A stretch of 64,000 nucleotides of DNA, from positions 2,957,234 to 3,021,233 of the forward strand of contig OZ245815.1 in NCBI GenBank assembly GCA_965228425.1, written 5' to 3'. A program made the translations under genes and the position numbers. This DNA comes from Alphaproteobacteria bacterium. Its GTDB lineage: Bacteria > Pseudomonadota > Alphaproteobacteria > UBA8366. This document shows, in pieces, positions 29,510-38,553 of the stretch. Every line of letters starts with the position of its first letter. Position 1 is the stretch's first letter. The notes under the pieces are model-generated. The model searched no databases, was not told the DNA's origin, and worked only from the letters and a program-made list of their open reading frames with translations.

Positions 29510-30277
29510 ATGCGCAGAAATCGGCGATTCTTCCTCTTCTTCTTGACGGGCCTGTTGGCCGTATCGGCCCCCGCGGGCGCCGAAAATACGGTCGAACCGA
29601 CCGTCCCGTCGCGGTTGGCCCCAAGTTTTATCGAATTCTTCGACACGTTGGCGCTGACGGCGGATTTCGGGCCGTTTAACCGGCGTCCGGCATGGGTTCG
29701 CAAATGGAATGGTCCGGTCACGGTTACCCTGTCGGCCCCCGCGGAGAAGCTTCGCGACGATATCGAGCGGCTGACCCACCGGGTCTCCCAATGGACCGGA
29801 CTGCGATTTACCGTTGCGGCGCCGGGCACCCGGCCGATCGCCGACGGCAGCAATGTCATCAATATCCGGCTCATCCCACAGTCCGATACCGGCGCGACGT
29901 TTTCGTCCGGTGACATCGTCTGCCAAACCGAGACGCACGGGATGGGCGGCGCGCTCCACACGGGCTACATGGTCATCAGCGAGCGGTATGTGGATTGCCT
30001 GAAGCACGAGTTCATGCACGTGCTGGGGTTCGATTCACATTGGCGGCCGGCGGGACGGACGAATATCCGGTCCGTGCTGGCGCTCCGCGATACCGAAATG
30101 CGCACCGCCGATTTCTCGAGCTGGGATATCCTGGCGATCCAATTGCTGTACAACCAGCGTATCCATGCCGGCATGCCGCGCGGCCGCAGCCTGGTGATCG
30201 CGAACGAAGTAATCCGGCGTGGCCCGCAGCGGGCAGCATTGCCCGCGGCGGACGGTTTTCGGCAGACAAATTGGTAA
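29510..30277 (+). CDS. secreted hypothetical protein with an HExxH motif (possibly DUF2927-like; putative metallopeptidase)
   Basis: Signal peptide RRFFLFFLTGLLAVSAPAGA|EN. CLKHEFMHVLGF contains HEFMH. I could place no other domain. Confidence 0.55.
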   Translation: MRRNRRFFLFFLTGLLAVSAPAGAENTVEPTVPSRLAPSFIEFFDTLALTADFGPFNRRPAWVRKWNGPVTVTLSAPAEKLRDDIERLTHRVSQWTGLRFTVAAPGTRPIADGSNVINIRLIPQSDTGATFSSGDIVCQTETHGMGGALHTGYMVISERYVDCLKHEFMHVLGFDSHWRPAGRTNIRSVLALRDTEMRTADFSSWDILAIQLLYNQRIHAGMPRGRSLVIANEVIRRGPQRAALPAADGFRQTNW

Positions 30278-30519
30278 GGATTTCTCGGCTCGTCGATGCG
30301 GCATAAATGGCTGGCGTCGGGGGCACGATATCCGTATACCTCTTGCCGCTTCGGGTCGGTCACCGTACCGGCCCAAGAGAGACGTTCGCGGCGCAGCGAT
30401 CTCTGATGCATGCAGAAGAGCTCCCCCCGAAAACCGAATTTGCGACGAAACGCACGTGACCGGTTGGGACTCTGACCGGAATTGCGCGCCCGATAAGTGG
30501 GAATATTGGAGAACACTTT

Positions 30520-32697
30520 ATGACTGATCGAGTTCAAATCGGCGGTTTGGCCATCGCCAAGGTTTTGCATGATTTCGTCAACGACGAAGCGCTGCCGGGC
30601 ACCGGCGTGGACGCGGCCAAATTCTGGTCTGACCTCGATGCGATCGTCCACGATCTGTCACCGAAAAACCGGGCGCTGTTGGTGCGGCGCGATGAATTAC
30701 AGGCGCAAATCGATGCATGGCATCGTGAGCGGAAGGCACAGCCAATCGATTTGCCGTCGTATCGGTCATTCCTGGAAGAAATTGGGTATCTCCAACCGGA
30801 AGGGGGCGGATTTTCGGTTGGCACCGACAACGTGGATCCCGAGATCAAGTCGATTGCGGGGCCGCAGCTCGTCGTTCCGCTGACCAACGCCCGGTATGCC
30901 CTGAACGCGGCCAATGCGCGCTGGGGAAGCCTGTACGACGCACTTTACGGCACCGATGCGATTTCCGATGACGGCGGCGCGGCCATCGGCGACGCCTACA
31001 ATCCGGCGCGGGGCCAGAAGGTGATTGCCTGGGCTCGCGATTTTCTGAACGACGCGGTTCCGCTCGCGTCCGGGACCCATCGGGATACGACGGGTTATGC
31101 CGTTGTGGACGGTGCGCTCGCTGCGACCCTGTCTTCCGGCGCGACTGTCGGTCTGGAAGATCCGGACAAGTTCGTCGGGTATCAGGGCGATGCCGCTGCG
31201 CCCGCCATCCTGCTGTTCGTAAACCACGGCATGCATATCGAACTCCGTATCGATACGAACCACCCGATCGGCAAGGACGATCCGGCGGGAGTCAGCGATG
31301 TGGTGTTGGAAGCCGCGGTGACGACGATCGTCGATTGCGAAGATTCGGTCGCGACGGTCGACGCCGAGGATAAGGTCGAGGCCTACCGCAATTGGCTCGG
31401 CCTGATGAACGGGACCCTGACGGCGCGGTTTGCGAAGGGAGGCGGACAGGTCGACCGTCGCTTGAACCCCGACCGTATCTACACCGCGCCTGATGGCGGA
31501 TCGGTCACGTTGCCTGGGCGGAGCCTTCTGCTGATCCGGAATGTCGGCCACCTGATGACGATCGATGCAATTCTCGACAAGGACGGCGATCCGGTGCCCG
31601 AAGGCATTCTGGATGGCATGGTCACATCGATGATCGCGATGCACGACCTGCAAGGGCATGGCGATTTCCGAAACAGCCGGGCCGGGTCGGTTTACATCGT
31701 TAAACCCAAGATGCATGGCCCGGACGAGATCGCCTTCGCGAGCGAACTATTCGGCCGGGTGGAAATGGCGCTCGGGCTCGAACCCGCCACGCTGAAGATG
31801 GGGATCATGGACGAAGAACGGCGTACGACGGTCAATCTAAAAGAGTGCATTCGCGCCGCCAGCGACCGCGTCGTGTTCATCAATACAGGCTTTCTCGACC
31901 GGACCGGCGACGAAATGCATACCGCCATGGAAGCGGGGCCGATGATCCGCAAGGGCGACATGAAGGCGGCCGCCTGGATACAGGCTTATGAGGACTGGAA
32001 TGTCGATATCGGGCTCGAATGCGGCTTGCAAGGGCACGCCCAGATCGGCAAGGGCATGTGGGCCATGCCGGATTTGATGGCCGATATGCTGGAGGCCAAG
32101 ATCGGCCATCCGCAGGCGGGCGCGAACACCGCTTGGGTGCCGTCGCCGACCGCGGCCACGTTGCATGCCACGCATTATCATCAGGTCGATGTGGCGGCAC
32201 GCCAGTCAGCCCTGAAGTCCCGGGAACGGGCGAATCTGGACGATATTCTGACGATTCCGCTGGCCGATCGCCCGAATTGGTCGCCGGAAGACGTGCAGCA
32301 AGAGTTGGACAACAACGCGCAGGGCATTCTGGGTTACGTGGTGCGTTGGATCGATCAAGGTGTCGGGTGTTCGAAAGTCCCGGACATCAACGATATCGGG
32401 CTCATGGAGGACCGCGCGACCTTGCGTATTTCCAGCCAGCATATTGCCAACTGGCTTTACCACGGCATCTGCACGGAGGACCAAGTGGTCGAAACGATGC
32501 AGCGCATGGCGGCAGTCGTCGACCGGCAAAACGCGGACGATCCGGCCTATCGGCCGATGGCGCCAAATTTCGACGACAGCATCGCTTTTCAGGCGGCTTG
32601 CGACTTGGTTTTTAAGGGGCGGGAACAGCCGAGCGGCTACACCGAGCCAATCCTCCACGCGCGGCGGATCGAGCTGAAAAAACAGCGAGCCGACTGA
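30520..32697 (+). CDS. glcB: malate synthase G
   Basis: 725 aa. [39 protein letters not shown] and the C-terminal [10 protein letters not shown] are typical of GlcB. Confidence 0.95.
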   Translation: MTDRVQIGGLAIAKVLHDFVNDEALPGTGVDAAKFWSDLDAIVHDLSPKNRALLVRRDELQAQIDAWHRERKAQPIDLPSYRSFLEEIGYLQPEGGGFSVGTDNVDPEIKSIAGPQLVVPLTNARYALNAANARWGSLYDALYGTDAISDDGGAAIGDAYNPARGQKVIAWARDFLNDAVPLASGTHRDTTGYAVVDGALAATLSSGATVGLEDPDKFVGYQGDAAAPAILLFVNHGMHIELRIDTNHPIGKDDPAGVSDVVLEAAVTTIVDCEDSVATVDAEDKVEAYRNWLGLMNGTLTARFAKGGGQVDRRLNPDRIYTAPDGGSVTLPGRSLLLIRNVGHLMTIDAILDKDGDPVPEGILDGMVTSMIAMHDLQGHGDFRNSRAGSVYIVKPKMHGPDEIAFASELFGRVEMALGLEPATLKMGIMDEERRTTVNLKECIRAASDRVVFINTGFLDRTGDEMHTAMEAGPMIRKGDMKAAAWIQAYEDWNVDIGLECGLQGHAQIGKGMWAMPDLMADMLEAKIGHPQAGANTAWVPSPTAATLHATHYHQVDVAARQSALKSRERANLDDILTIPLADRPNWSPEDVQQELDNNAQGILGYVVRWIDQGVGCSKVPDINDIGLMEDRATLRISSQHIANWLYHGICTEDQVVETMQRMAAVVDRQNADDPAYRPMAPNFDDSIAFQAACDLVFKGREQPSGYTEPILHARRIELKKQRAD

Positions 32698-33277
32698 CGC
32701 CGCAAGCCGTCAGTGCGGCGTCTTTGTCGTCAAGCACACCGGTCGGCAATCCGTCGATGCTGCGGGTGTTTTTCTCGAGCCGATAGGCCACGAGACCCTC
32801 TTCGCCCTTGGCTTCCGCCCAGCGCGCCATGGTGTCGCGCTCGCCGGCATAGTCGAACAACGGCACCCCGAAACCGCAGGATGTCTGGACCAGATCAACA
32901 TCGAGCCGAACGATCTGCCGCGCGCCCAGCGGTGCTTCGCCGTCAAAGGCGTCTTCGAGAAGCTTTTCAAAGGCTGCGCCGCCCACAGGAAGCGCTTCGC
33001 CGCGCCCATATAGACGAAGAATCAGCGGCGGCCCCTCGACCGAACACAGCATGATCGTCATGCGGCCATCCGCCCGCAGATGGGCCGCCGTCTCGTTTCC
33101 GCTGCCGGTAAGGTCGAGGTAGGTCACGGTGTGAGCGTCCAGCACTCGCAGAGCATCCGTGCTGCGGGGCGAAATGTTGACGCGCGACGTATCCGTCGCC
33201 GTGGCGGTGAAGAACATATGCTGCCGCGCGATGAAGTCGCGGTGCTTCGATTCGATTTGCGGGAATTGCTGGGCCAT
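32612..33277 (-). CDS. pyridoxamine 5'-phosphate oxidase family (FMN-binding split-barrel) protein with a C-terminal extension
   Basis: [13 protein letters not shown]..., [29 protein letters not shown]. The last ~35 codons run antisense into glcB. Confidence 0.7.
   Translation of the reverse strand: MAQQFPQIESKHRDFIARQHMFFTATATDTSRVNISPRSTDALRVLDAHTVTYLDLTGSGNETAAHLRADGRMTIMLCSVEGPPLILRLYGRGEALPVGGAAFEKLLEDAFDGEAPLGARQIVRLDVDLVQTSCGFGVPLFDYAGERDTMARWAEAKGEEGLVAYRLEKNTRSIDGLPTGVLDDKDAALTACGVSRLAVFSARSAARGGLARCSRSAVPAP
32696..32727 (+). terminator. putative glcB terminator lying inside the 3' end of the convergent CDS
   Basis: GACGCCGCA-agccgucag-UGCGGCGUC (9-bp stem) followed by UUUGUCGUC. 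The stem starts within the glcB stop codon. Confidence 0.5.
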
Positions 33278-33379
33278 CGCGCTCCTCCTTGTCCCACGCG
33301 GCCGAGGTCCGCGCCGGGCAACGCACTATACCGGGCGGAGTGCGCCCTTCCCAGAGTTCCGGTTGTGAGCAGTGCCGCG

Positions 33380-34663
33380 TCAGGCGATTTGCAGCATGCC
33401 GACGACCGTTCCGGTCATGCAGGTGGCAATCGTGCCGGCAATCAACGACCTAAAGCCCAATTTGATGATTTCGCGCCGCCGTTCCGATGCCATGGTCGTC
33501 AAACCGGCCAGCATGATGCCGAGACCGGCGAAATTGGCGAAACCGCACAGAGCATAGGTCATCATCAGCCGGCTCCGGTCGCTCAGTGCCTCTTCGGGCA
33601 GGGCGGCGAGCTTTGTATAGGCGATTAATTCATTGAGGATCAGCTTGGTGCCGAGCAATTCGCCGGCAATCTGCGCTTGTGACCAATCGTAGATGCCCAT
33701 CAGCCAAGCCACCGGCGCGAAGAACCAACCGAAGAGACGCGATAAGGTAATCGGCTCGTCATTTACGTAGGGCAGAAAATCCAAGAGATGATCGGACAAG
33801 GCGACAAAGGTTACCGCGACGATCAACATCGCAATGATGTTGACCACCAATTTAGCGCCGGCGATCGTACCTTCGGTAAGCGCTTCGAGCGTGCCGTGCG
33901 GACTGTCATCGGAATCGATGGTGCTCAGCGGAACATGTGCGCCGGTTGGCGGCGTCGTGTCCGGAACCATGATCCTTGAGATCATCAATGCCGCAGGCAG
34001 CGTGATGATCGATGCCGCCAGGAGTTGAACGATCGCGTTCGGTATGACCGGTTCGAGGATTGTCGCGAAGAGCACCATGACCGTCCCTGCGATCGTAGCC
34101 ATGCCGCAGGTCATAACCGCGAAGAGTTCACCGCGGCTGAGCCGATTCAGGTACGGACGAATGAGCAGCGGCGCTTCGACCATGCCGAGAAAGACGTTGG
34201 CGCCCGCCGCCACGCCCAAGGGGCCGCCGACGCCGAGGGTCTTCTGCAAGACCCAAGCAAGGCCGCGGACGATGAGCGGCAGAATCCGCCAGTGAAAGAG
34301 CACCGCGGACAAGGCGCTCATGACGATCACTAGCGGCAGGGCCTGAAAGGCGAAGACATAGGTCGCGCCCATTTTTGTCGGCTTGAAGGGTAGATCACCG
34401 CCGCCGAGGAAGCCGAAGACGAAAGTCGTTCCCGCGGTGGTTGCCGCCTGAAGCGCCCGAACCGCATTACTCAGCAGGATGAAGATCTCGGTGAATTCGA
34501 AGAGCTTCAGCAACAAGACGGCGAGGATAATTTGAAAGGCGAGACCGCAAATGATCGTCTTGGCTTGTTTCCGCCCTGCGACTTGCAAGCGATTCTCACT
34601 TAGCAACCACGCAATGGCGACGAAGCCGAAAAGTCCGAGTAATCCCTTGAGGATAAATTCCAT
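33380..34663 (-). CDS. NupC/NupG-family concentrative nucleoside transporter
   Basis: 427-aa polytopic protein. GTTFVFGFLGG, GELFAVMTCGMATIAGTVM, YALCGFANFAGLGI. Confidence 0.88.
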   Translation of the reverse strand: MEFILKGLLGLFGFVAIAWLLSENRLQVAGRKQAKTIICGLAFQIILAVLLLKLFEFTEIFILLSNAVRALQAATTAGTTFVFGFLGGGDLPFKPTKMGATYVFAFQALPLVIVMSALSAVLFHWRILPLIVRGLAWVLQKTLGVGGPLGVAAGANVFLGMVEAPLLIRPYLNRLSRGELFAVMTCGMATIAGTVMVLFATILEPVIPNAIVQLLAASIITLPAALMISRIMVPDTTPPTGAHVPLSTIDSDDSPHGTLEALTEGTIAGAKLVVNIIAMLIVAVTFVALSDHLLDFLPYVNDEPITLSRLFGWFFAPVAWLMGIYDWSQAQIAGELLGTKLILNELIAYTKLAALPEEALSDRSRLMMTYALCGFANFAGLGIMLAGLTTMASERRREIIKLGFRSLIAGTIATCMTGTVVGMLQIA

Positions 34664-34726
34664 GCGTGTCCCACCCTGCCCGAAGGCCGGGAATGCCTAC
34701 CGGACACCAGGGATACACCGCAATTT

Positions 34727-34752
34727 ATTTAACTATCGTTAAATACTGTTAA
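34727..34752. promoter_or_regulatory. palindrome ATTTAAC-tatc-GTTAAAT plus three TTAA at exact 10-bp phasing, upstream of the nucleoside transporter
   Basis: It lies in an AT-rich patch ~65-90 nt upstream of the nupC-family start at 34663. TTAA occurs at 34729, 34739 and 34749. Confidence 0.35.
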
Positions 34753-34869
34753 GTCATTTATTGATTTAGATTCAAGATATTATGGCGTGATGCTGAACCG
34801 TTTTGCACCCTCGCGAACCGGCGGGGCCGCGGGATCGTCCGTCCAGGCCGATCGGACCCGGAACGGGAC

Positions 34870-35928
34870 CTATTGATCGGGCATCGTACGGGGCTGTTTG
34901 CCGTCGGCGATGCGCTGAATATCCTCGAAACGCTCGCGGGGCATGGGAATACCCGCTTCGAGCGATTCCGCCATGCTCTGGGCTTCCGGTTCGCCGGGAA
35001 TCAGGACGGGAAGCGCCGGGTCCGCCGCCGGGGTGGCCTTGATGGTTCGGCAGAATGTCTCCATTTGCGCGTGGTAGGCCTCCTCGCCGAGCAGGCGGGC
35101 GGGATCCAGGGCGATGAAGAAATGAGCCACCCCTTGTGGTGTCTCATCCCGGCGAAAGAGTTGATTAACGCCCGTGGCCGCCTGACCACCGGAGAGCACC
35201 CCCGACAGCATGTCCACCGCCAATGCCAATCCGTAGCCCTTGTGGCCGCCGATCGGCAGCACCCAGCCCTTCATTCCAGCCAGCGGATCGGTCGTTAGAT
35301 GCCCGTCGGCATCCGCGGCCCAGCCTTCCGGGATCGTTTCGCCAGCTTCGTGGGCGTGACGCAGTTTGCTGTACGCGACCACGCTCTGCGCCATATCGAG
35401 GATGAAATCGGGACCGTCGCGGCGGGGTGCGGCGATCCCGATCGGGTTGTTGCCATGGGCGAGAGCCGCGCCGCGCCACGGCGCCATGACCGGCTGCGTA
35501 TTCGTGCCCATGATCGAAACCAAGCCGGCGTCGCAGGCGCGCGCCGCATAGGGGGCGACCGGGCCGAAATGGTGACTGTTGCGGCACCCGACATAGGCCA
35601 TGCCGCTTTCCTTGGCTAATCGGATGGCGGCTGCGACGCCGCGGCTGCCGATGACCGGTCCCATGCCGTTCCCGCCGTCGATAATGGCCAGGCAGGGCGA
35701 CCGTTCTTCGACCGTAATCTCGGGATCGGCAACGATCGCACCGTCCAGGATGCGCTGACAGTAGATGATGACGCGGCGGGTTCCGTGCGTGCTGATGCCC
35801 ATCAGGTCGCCGACCACGAGGATATCGGCGGCCGCGTCGGCGTCGTCGGCGGGTACGCCGACACGCTCGAAAGCGGCGCGGCAAACGGTGTGAAGGTCGT
35901 CTTTCGGGATGCGGATGATGTCGGTCAC
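34870..35928 (-). CDS. Ldh_2-family (malate/L-lactate/sulfolactate dehydrogenase type 2) oxidoreductase
   Basis: GISTHGTRR, NSHHFGP and GGHKGYGLA motifs. GTG 35928 has an upstream GGAAG. The ORF is open to 36021. Confidence 0.8.
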   Translation of the reverse strand: MTDIIRIPKDDLHTVCRAAFERVGVPADDADAAADILVVGDLMGISTHGTRRVIIYCQRILDGAIVADPEITVEERSPCLAIIDGGNGMGPVIGSRGVAAAIRLAKESGMAYVGCRNSHHFGPVAPYAARACDAGLVSIMGTNTQPVMAPWRGAALAHGNNPIGIAAPRRDGPDFILDMAQSVVAYSKLRHAHEAGETIPEGWAADADGHLTTDPLAGMKGWVLPIGGHKGYGLALAVDMLSGVLSGGQAATGVNQLFRRDETPQGVAHFFIALDPARLLGEEAYHAQMETFCRTIKATPAADPALPVLIPGEPEAQSMAESLEAGIPMPRERFEDIQRIADGKQPRTMPDQ

Positions 35929-36003
35929 GATGATCTTCCAAAGCGGGGTATGGCGTAAAAGGCTATGCGTTCGGCCGCGACGGCGCAAGACGAGGGGGGA
36001 CGA

Positions 36004-36036
36004 ATGAAAAACGGGCCCCATCGAAATGGGGCCCGT
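36004..36036 (-). terminator. intrinsic terminator closing the membrane-protein/vWA operon
   Basis: The minus strand reads ACGGGCCCCA-uuucgau-GGGGCCCGU followed by UUUUUCAUU. Confidence 0.65.
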
Positions 36037-36072
36037 GAGTCGGTCGAAATTTTCTTGAACGTCCGGGAGTGG

Positions 36073-36723
36073 TTAGTTCAACAAAACATTATCCAATCGG
36101 TCGAGATCGTTGATGACCTGCCATGCGCCGCCGCCGGATTCGACGCGGCCCTGCCAGTTATTCAAGCGGTTCATGTAATCCCGCGGATCGACGTTGTCGC
36201 TGCGCAATTTGGTGACGTTGAGCGCAACGACATTGACTCCGTCGAGCGGCAGGGAGATGTCGCGGATATATCCCTTCTTCAGGTCTTCGGCGAGATCCGA
36301 GAAGATCAGGATTGTCTTATTCCCCGGATTCTTCTCGGTCAGGTATTCCGAAGCCTGCAGCAGGCCGCCGGTAATATCCGTATACCGCGCCGGTCGGACC
36401 CGCTTGACGAAGGTGTTGATGGCATCGCGAAACTGGCGTTTCTCCTTGTTTGCGACGCTCGGCCGATCGTCGAAGGTGGCCTTCGCGACGATGTCCTTCT
36501 CGCTGAAGCTGCCGGTGTCGATCCGGGCGACGGCGAAGGAGTCGCCGGGATCCAGACGCGTCAGGATCACGTTGATGATCTGCTGCGCCTTCCGGAGCTC
36601 CTCGGTATAAGTCCCCGACGTATCGAGCAGCAGGTAGACGCCGCGGTTCTGCGGAGTCGCCTCGCCGCAGGCGGTCAACGCCAACAGGCCCAGAGCCGCA
36701 ATACATGAGGTCAGACGTTTCAT
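36073..36723 (-). CDS. von Willebrand factor A (vWA) domain lipoprotein
   Basis: Lipobox LALTAC. MIDAS-like residues LLLDTSGT, YTDITGG and LIFSDL. The ATG overlaps the upstream gene's stop (TAATG). This is the real 3' part of the 508-aa track ORF. Confidence 0.75.
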   Translation of the reverse strand: MKRLTSCIAALGLLALTACGEATPQNRGVYLLLDTSGTYTEELRKAQQIINVILTRLDPGDSFAVARIDTGSFSEKDIVAKATFDDRPSVANKEKRQFRDAINTFVKRVRPARYTDITGGLLQASEYLTEKNPGNKTILIFSDLAEDLKKGYIRDISLPLDGVNVVALNVTKLRSDNVDPRDYMNRLNNWQGRVESGGGAWQVINDLDRLDNVLLN

Positions 36724-38168
36724 TACAGCACCTCTCTTGCTGTTGCCGGATCGTGGTCGTCCCGCATATCGGCGTGATGCGCCTTGATACGCCGTTCGAG
36801 CCACAGCGGCAGGAAGATGATCATGTCGTACAGGTCCACCAGGATCGCGCCCATGTGATGGAACACGCTGCCCAGCAGCCGCAGGAAGAGCGCCAGCGCC
36901 CGCATCAGGGCGCCTCCGACGAGTCCGAGAACGGTCCGGAGCGAGTGCACGAAGGTTTCCAGCGGAATTGCGACGAACACCAAGGCGAAGGGCAGGATGA
37001 AGCCCATCCCCATTTGAGCCGCCGTGGTGATCCACACGAAGTTGGATGCATCCACGGCCAAGCTCTGCTGGGCGCCGCGTAGCAAGGCGCTGGTGGCCAA
37101 CTCGTCCTGTAACAGGATTTCCCGCATATAGGCGAGGCCGGCCTCGACGCTTGCCAACAGGAACAGGATCGAGAAGGTCGTCCAGATCATGCGGACGCGC
37201 ATCTTGTCGGGCAGCGCGCTGATGACCGGGAACAGTCGGGTGATCCGAAGCGATTCCATCAGGAACAGCCCCATGGATATCTCGACCATGATGATCACCA
37301 GCGCGGCGATATCGGAAATCTTGAAGGCACCGATCGTGTTGTTGCCGCCGACCATTTCGGCCATCGGGCGCGCGATCAGATGGAAGTTGATCATGGCGCC
37401 GCCGATCGCGATAGCCAACACAAGCGCGGACACGAAGAACTGCACCAGCGACGATGAAGACAGCATGCGCGCTGCGCGATCCGACCCTTGGAGGATGTTC
37501 TCGTACTCCTCCATATGGCGGTCGATGACCTTCGCGCGATGCAGCAGGGTATTGACGTTTTTGTCCGTCGCCGAAAGCTGCTGCTGAATCTTGCGCCAAT
37601 GGGGCAGCATGTTCCGCAGGAATTTGTGGCGGTCCCGCGTGGCGTCGCGATACTGATCACGGGCCTTCTGCTGCGCTTCCACCAGGGATTCGTGAATCTT
37701 GTCGAGAATATTCGCGACCATCGGGTCGCCTTTCGACGGGATGTTCGCCACCGCCTCGACGGCGTTGGCCCATCCGGGCGGCGTCGGAGGGACTTCGGCA
37801 CTCTGCCTATGGTCTTCCTCGACGCTTGCGATCTGTTCCTCGATCTTGCGTTGCAGGGCCGGGCATTCGGCCAGGTCCCGCTGAACGGCTGCGTCCATTC
37901 GCTCGAATTCACGCTCGATGATATGTTCCGCGGCTTCGCGCCCGGCAGCCAGCAGAACTTCGCGGTTCCGTTCGGTCATGCGCTTTTCCGCCTTGAAGAC
38001 GGAGTGCGCGGCAAGACGTAACGTCGCGTGCAGGACGCGCGCCAGTGACATGATGGCGTTATGGGCGGGTGCCCGGGTCAGATATAGGGCGATGACTGCG
38101 AGTAGTATGACCGTGAGCCAGGTCAAAACGGATCCTGACCCCGCCGACAGCGAGTTGAAGAACGGCAT
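36723..38168 (-). CDS. polytopic membrane protein with a ~200-aa charged coiled-coil insert; unknown function
   Basis: 481 aa counted from ATG 38168, which has GGAGGGGG upstream. One N-terminal TM helix, a long E/R/K/Q-rich helical region, then ~6 TM helices. I recognise no family motif. Confidence 0.7.
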   Translation of the reverse strand: MPFFNSLSAGSGSVLTWLTVILLAVIALYLTRAPAHNAIMSLARVLHATLRLAAHSVFKAEKRMTERNREVLLAAGREAAEHIIEREFERMDAAVQRDLAECPALQRKIEEQIASVEEDHRQSAEVPPTPPGWANAVEAVANIPSKGDPMVANILDKIHESLVEAQQKARDQYRDATRDRHKFLRNMLPHWRKIQQQLSATDKNVNTLLHRAKVIDRHMEEYENILQGSDRAARMLSSSSLVQFFVSALVLAIAIGGAMINFHLIARPMAEMVGGNNTIGAFKISDIAALVIIMVEISMGLFLMESLRITRLFPVISALPDKMRVRMIWTTFSILFLLASVEAGLAYMREILLQDELATSALLRGAQQSLAVDASNFVWITTAAQMGMGFILPFALVFVAIPLETFVHSLRTVLGLVGGALMRALALFLRLLGSVFHHMGAILVDLYDMIIFLPLWLERRIKAHHADMRDDHDPATAREVL

Positions 38169-38322
38169 TGTTAACCCCCTCCATGACCGGTCGACCGTGG
38201 CCATTTGACCATCGTTCGCCAGTCACCCTCCGACATTCTCCTAGCCGAATGATTGGCCGATATTGATAACAATTCGTTAATTAAAACTAAGGTTTCGTTA
38301 ATTTCGTGGTTAATCCGACTGA

Positions 38323-38375
38323 CTCAATATTCAGTGAAATCAAATATATACGATGTATTTGAAATTCAATATTGA
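38323..38375. promoter_or_regulatory. 53-bp imperfect palindrome in an AT-rich island upstream of the membrane/vWA operon
   Basis: The arms CTCAATATT (38323-31) and AATATTGAG (38367-75) match perfectly, with a further CAAATA/TATTTG inner match. The element is centred on TATATA. TTCGTTAATT occurs twice, 21 bp apart, at 38273 and 38294. Confidence 0.45.
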
Positions 38376-38553
38376 GTTAACTTTCATGAATACTGTCCCA
38401 TCCCTTAGCGGCGAGAATAAGGCGAGACTACGGCGGGAGCGGGAATTGCGGGGACGGTACCCGGTCTGGCCCGGTCCCTTTCGGTGTCGGCGGGACGGGG
38501 CGGGGAGCGGGCAAAGTCCTGCCGGCTCCCCGGGTTTGCGGCAGTCGGCTTGA

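Noticed and set aside
36724-37599. Upstream part of the 508-aa minus-strand ORF
   Set aside because: It is out of frame with, and fully inside, the 481-aa membrane-protein CDS, and its translation is Arg/Pro/Gly-rich nonsense. The real vWA lipoprotein starts at ATG 36723.
38353-38553. 66-aa plus-strand ORF in the gap between the SDR gene and the membrane/vWA operon
   Set aside because: It starts inside the AT-rich palindrome, has no SD, and gives a low-complexity Arg/Gly/Pro translation. The region is more likely regulatory or non-coding.
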